Assembly (NCBI GenBank): GCA_963575745.1
Contig: CAUYUJ010000037.1
Location: 558,001-622,000 of the forward strand
Origin: Prorocentrum cordatum
Taxonomy: Eukaryota
Length of the DNA stretch: 64,000 bases
Reading direction: 5' to 3'
Positions 59,821-64,000 of the stretch are shown one piece after another (position 1 is the first letter of the stretch; each line of letters opens with the position of its first letter). The notes beneath the pieces were generated by a model. It searched no databases and was not told the origin of the DNA. It saw only the letters and a list, made by a program, of their open reading frames with translations. A program made the translations under genes and the position numbers.

Positions 59821-62800
59821 CGCACCCCCCCGCCATCCGCCCGCGTGCTCGCGCTCTTCCGCGCGCGGGGGCCATGTCGAGGGGAGAACCTGCTCAGACG
59901 GCCAGGGGCGTTCTCCAGAAGGGGCCGGCCCATTCAGAAAATCGGAACATGGAAAATAAAAAGGGGTTGCCTGTCTTCAAATAGCCAGGATTAGCTCGAT
60001 GCGTTCGCCCAGCGATGAGGATCCGCCAGGCCACAGACGTTCCCACTGGCCCCAGGCCAGATGATCAGCACGCTCGTTCAGAAATTCTCCAGTCTGGGTT
60101 TCCGCCTTCTTGTTGGGGATACTCGGACCAGCCACCTGATCTTGCAGAAAAGCATTGTCTCGCACGCCTTCTCCGGGTGAACGGGGCAGCCTTCTTGAGA
60201 AGGGCGCTCCCAGTTTCAGTCCCTCTTCCTTTGAGGAAGTCCTGCCGCCGCCAAACTGGGCTGCCTCTCCCCTCCACCGCCCGCCTGCGGTGGCGTTCCT
60301 GCTGATGCCTGATGCTCATGAGCGCGGGAACGCGGGAGAAGCTGGAAGGGAGAGTGGCGCTGATGGCCACCGAGCGCCTGTCGTTGTCTGTGCTGTGGTC
60401 CAGAGAGCGTGCCTTCGCCGACAGCGGGCTTATACCGTCGGTTCCCGTTCCTGGCTAGCGGGTTATTCGTTCGATGATGTCTTGCATCTGGCGGGTACGG
60501 TCGACGCTTGTTGCTTGACCAAGACTCAGATCGTGATCGAAGTCGTTGCCGCGGTCTCCATCCTCAGACGAATCCAACTATCCCGCGTCAAAGTACAGAG
60601 AGCATGGTGACTACACGCGTATTGAGTCGTTGAGTTTACACGCTGCGCCGAGCCTGCGTCTCGTGGTTGCCCTTATTGTCCTTCAGGTGCACCGTTCCAC
60701 CACGCACATTATTGCGTTTGCCTCCATGCAGTTCTTGCTCCTTGATTGGGTGCGCACGCGCGTGTACCATCTGAGGAAAAGTCGTTGCAAACAAGGCTTC
60801 TGCAAAAGGGTTGCCGTCGCTTGTTTCTTAATCCATGGTCTCATGCGTGCTGAGCACTGCAGAAATCGAACGATGAACGCGTGTTGAGCCCAATGGATTG
60901 TGCACTGCATGGATGCCGGCTGCCCGCCGCCAGCGGCATTTCACACTTGAATGATCCAGGTCTCCACGTAAGTACTAAAAAGCAAGGGAGCCGCACTCGC
61001 GTTGAATCAGACTTCTGTTTGAAGGGGTCGTAGATGTAGTTGCGCGTTTCTCTCAACCAGCTCTTGTCTTTGAGGGGCGCTGACCTCTTGTCCGAGAGGG
61101 CGGTTGCGCGCTATCCTCTCGGCCTCGATGGCCCCCCCAGGCCCAGCGTACTGCATAAAGGCAGGCACAGATGCGTGCGCGCACGAAGGTACATACATCC
61201 ATGGGAAGGAGATGTTTGTATGCGCGCTGCGTACCCGGTCAATGACAATCCCACATTGTTGTTGAGGGCGAGGTTGTCGGCATGAGTGTTTTGAGATCTT
61301 GATGCGTATACATGTGCGTTGTCGCTTGTCTCTTGCCGTGCCCACCTTCGGAGCTTTCCTTCTCTCCACACGAACTTTTTCACCCCCAGGATGGGGAAGA
61401 ACGCCCTGTCGCAGGAATCAAAGCCGTTCGCCCTGGTTTCTAGCGTTCGCGCTCTTTCTCCTTCTTGCGTTTGCTGATGCAGTACTGTGCCAGCACCCCC
61501 CGAGGACCGACTGGCGCTGGGCCCTCAGGGATTATGGCTGGCTTTCGAGGTGCTGGAGGGGGAGAGTCGCCGGCGGCAGGGAGACGCAGAGTTGGAAGAT
61601 CAGTCCAGTGTCACCGACAGAGCGTTCTGACAAGAGTTGCGCCTCAAATTTTGATGAGTTGCGCCCGCCGGCCTACAAGCGGCAGCAAACGTACAGAACA
61701 AGCGTGCCACTAGAAGCTGCTTCTTCACGCAGAGTTCAGCCACAGGCACCGCTCAACCTATGCACCGAGGTGCCGAAGGCCCCTGTCTAGGGCGGGAGTA
61801 TATCCAGCACCGCCGCCTGGGAGATCGACCTTCGGTGGCCTCGGCAATCGGTAGATCAGAGCGAAGGGGCCGAACGGTCTTGCACTTCCCCTGGGTGCGT
61901 GGCTGAAGTGGGCTTCTTCGGAGTGGATTAACGTCATTCTTGTTGTAATGCTGTCTTGATGTGTTGTGTTGTTGCCGTCGTCCTCTCCCGCGGCCCGACC
62001 GCGACCCCCTCGCGACCCACCCTTGATCCACCTGCGACCCACCCAGAGGACGGAAAGACAACAAGGTTAGCCAACATGGACTCTAAACAGTTGTGTTTCT
62101 AGCAATACATGTGGTGCAACCTACGTGGTGCAATATTTGTTGCGCAATATATGTGGGGCGATATATGCGGTGCAGTTGGTTTTAGCAAACGAGTTGGCAC
62201 ATTCCGTGCTCTTGCTAGCATCCCGCCCACGCACCCGCAATTTGGCTTGCAAAACCCACGCGGTGGCGATTGCGATGCATGCATGGCGTTGGCTGGTGCA
62301 TCTCTGCGGCCGCGCCAAACCAAGCGCGCGCGCGCAGCAGCCAGCCAGTTCGGCGCGACCGATTCGGCCGCGGTGGCGCTGACCGCTGGGCACATCCCAG
62401 CGGGCACTTTACTGTGAGTCGGCTGCTTGGGCGGGCGCGGTAGCACGGCAACGTCGACAACGGTAGACATGATCATGGCACGATGCTGGTGGCGATGTTG
62501 ACAATGACGAAGGCGCGGCCAGTCTGGGCGCCGATGTTGATCACGCCGACGACGATGACGACGTCCTCGCGTCGGTTATGAAAGTTTTGGAAAGAGTTCG
62601 ACGTGCGCGCGCGGCCGACGCGAGAGAGTGGCCCACATGGTGTTATTTGACACGGATCGTGCCCTTCCCCCCAGCACGCGCGCAAGGGCGTGCGAATCAT
62701 GTCGGCATGAGGCGCGAGGGGCCCGCAACAGTTTATGAAAATTGTGGAAAACCATGGTTTTTCCAAGAATTCACAAAGGGCGCGAGCGCACGATTTTTTG

Positions 62801-63499
62801 TTGAAAACGAATGTCGCGAAACCGTGTGTTTTGTGTGTGTGTTTTGGACATTCGGTTTGGGCGCGGCTACGAAACCGAAGGATTCCAGCATGCGCGCGAC
62901 GAGCACGCGCATGTCGTCACACGTTTTACAAAACATAACAATAAAAAAATGTCATCGCGACGGCAGGCGCGCATGGGCGGTCGAACGATTTCAACATGCG
63001 CGCTCGAAACCTGTTTGGTAGTGTGTGTGTGTGTATATGTGTATGTGTGTGGTTGTTGTTGTTGTTTGCTGGGAAAAATGAAACGCATGGTTGTTAGAAA
63101 ATCCACACGAGCGCGCGCGCAAGCTCTCTTCGAAAATCCGCGTTGCGAAACCAAGCGTGTTTATATGTTCCTTGGGCACCCGATATTGAAAATCGCGACG
63201 GAAAACAAATATCGTTGAAGGATTTCGGCCTTCGCTCGCGACGACGCGCGCGTGCGCATTTCGTCTCACGATTTGCAAGGTACTTTTGACAACTTATGGT
63301 GTTTTGTAAGCGGGTGCGCGCGCATAGTATTTTTCTGCAGAGGATGATGGTGGTGGGGGGGGGGCGATACCGCCTGGGCTGAGATGGCACGACTCCAAAT
63401 TTAGGATGGGCAATCGGGCAAACCCACAAGTATATTGCCATACGAAAAGGGGTACTGATAATCCGGGGGGTCGGTTCTCTTTTTAGAAAAAAAGGGTAA

Positions 63500-63828
63500 C
63501 ACATGTGGTGCAGCATTTGTTGTGCGATATATGTTCCATATGTTGCAAGATGTGTTGCGCAATCTATGTGGTGCACTCGATAGTGTAACATGTGATGTGC
63601 AACCTACGTGGTGCAAAACATGCTATGTGAATGACGCTGTGCAGTCTGACCATATATGTGGTGCAGTCGGCGTGTTGCAATATAGGTTGTGCAATATGTG
63701 CGGTGCAATATATACATTCACACACATGTGTATAATATATATATATATATGCATACATACAAACATACATGCATCTACATATTCATATACATACACATAA
63801 ACATAAACAAATACATACACATACGCAC

Positions 63829-63871
<43 letters not shown>

Positions 63872-63883
63872 CGCATTTACATT

Positions 63884-63923
<40 letters not shown>

Positions 63924-63925
63924 CT
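63500..63925. repeat. GTGGTGCAA-type satellite followed by (TACATA)n microsatellite
   Basis: Direct inspection. Confidence 0.9.
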
Positions 63926-64000
63926 TACATAGTATGAAGAAATACCGCCCCCCCCCCAGCCCCGTGTGCCACACCTCCCCGCCACATCTTTGGGACGCTC

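Noticed and set aside
58607..59959. Poly-Glu/Arg/Pro/Leu ORFs
   Set aside because: (GGA)n/(CCT)n artefacts; the same applies to 31839-32798.
59977..61370. Minus-strand retroelement RNase H remnant (LNERADHLA)
   Set aside because: A single short motif with no supporting RT or RNase H residues recognised.
1..64000. tRNA, rRNA or a true SL RNA gene
   Set aside because: None recognised; the SL matches lack the GT donor and intron of an SL RNA gene.

Overview
GC-rich, repeat-dense eukaryotic DNA. Spliced-leader relics (CCGTAGCCATTTTGGC) point to a dinoflagellate genome; this is an inference. The centrepiece is an apparently intact 15.6-kb tyrosine-recombinase (DIRS-order) retrotransposon at 16478-32087 with near-identical split direct repeats (A1...B1-A2-B2). 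It carries one uninterrupted 4770-aa ORF: membrane-like N-terminus, Gag-like/CCCH region, a C5 DNA-methyltransferase-like domain with intact PC motif, RT, RNase H, a second degenerate methyltransferase-like domain, YR integrase, then an unusual tail (dsRBD-like motif, RRM, Zn finger, RS/GK-rich). Its A repeat contains spliced-leader sequence, and a four-hairpin array follows the stop codon. Downstream are two head-to-tail decayed LINEs (Zn-ribbon ORF1, APE, RT, RNase H), each beginning with spliced-leader relics directly after a (CCT)n tract. All three retroelements appear to lie within about 42 kb of intron of a host GT31-like glycosyltransferase gene (exons about 7126-7600 and 49654-49755). 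The window starts with a frameshifted PIF1/Helitron-like helicase bracketed by a 15-bp inverted repeat. The rest is MITE-like foldbacks, satellites and microsatellites. Domain calls come from motif recognition by eye, not database searches, and domain boundaries are approximate.
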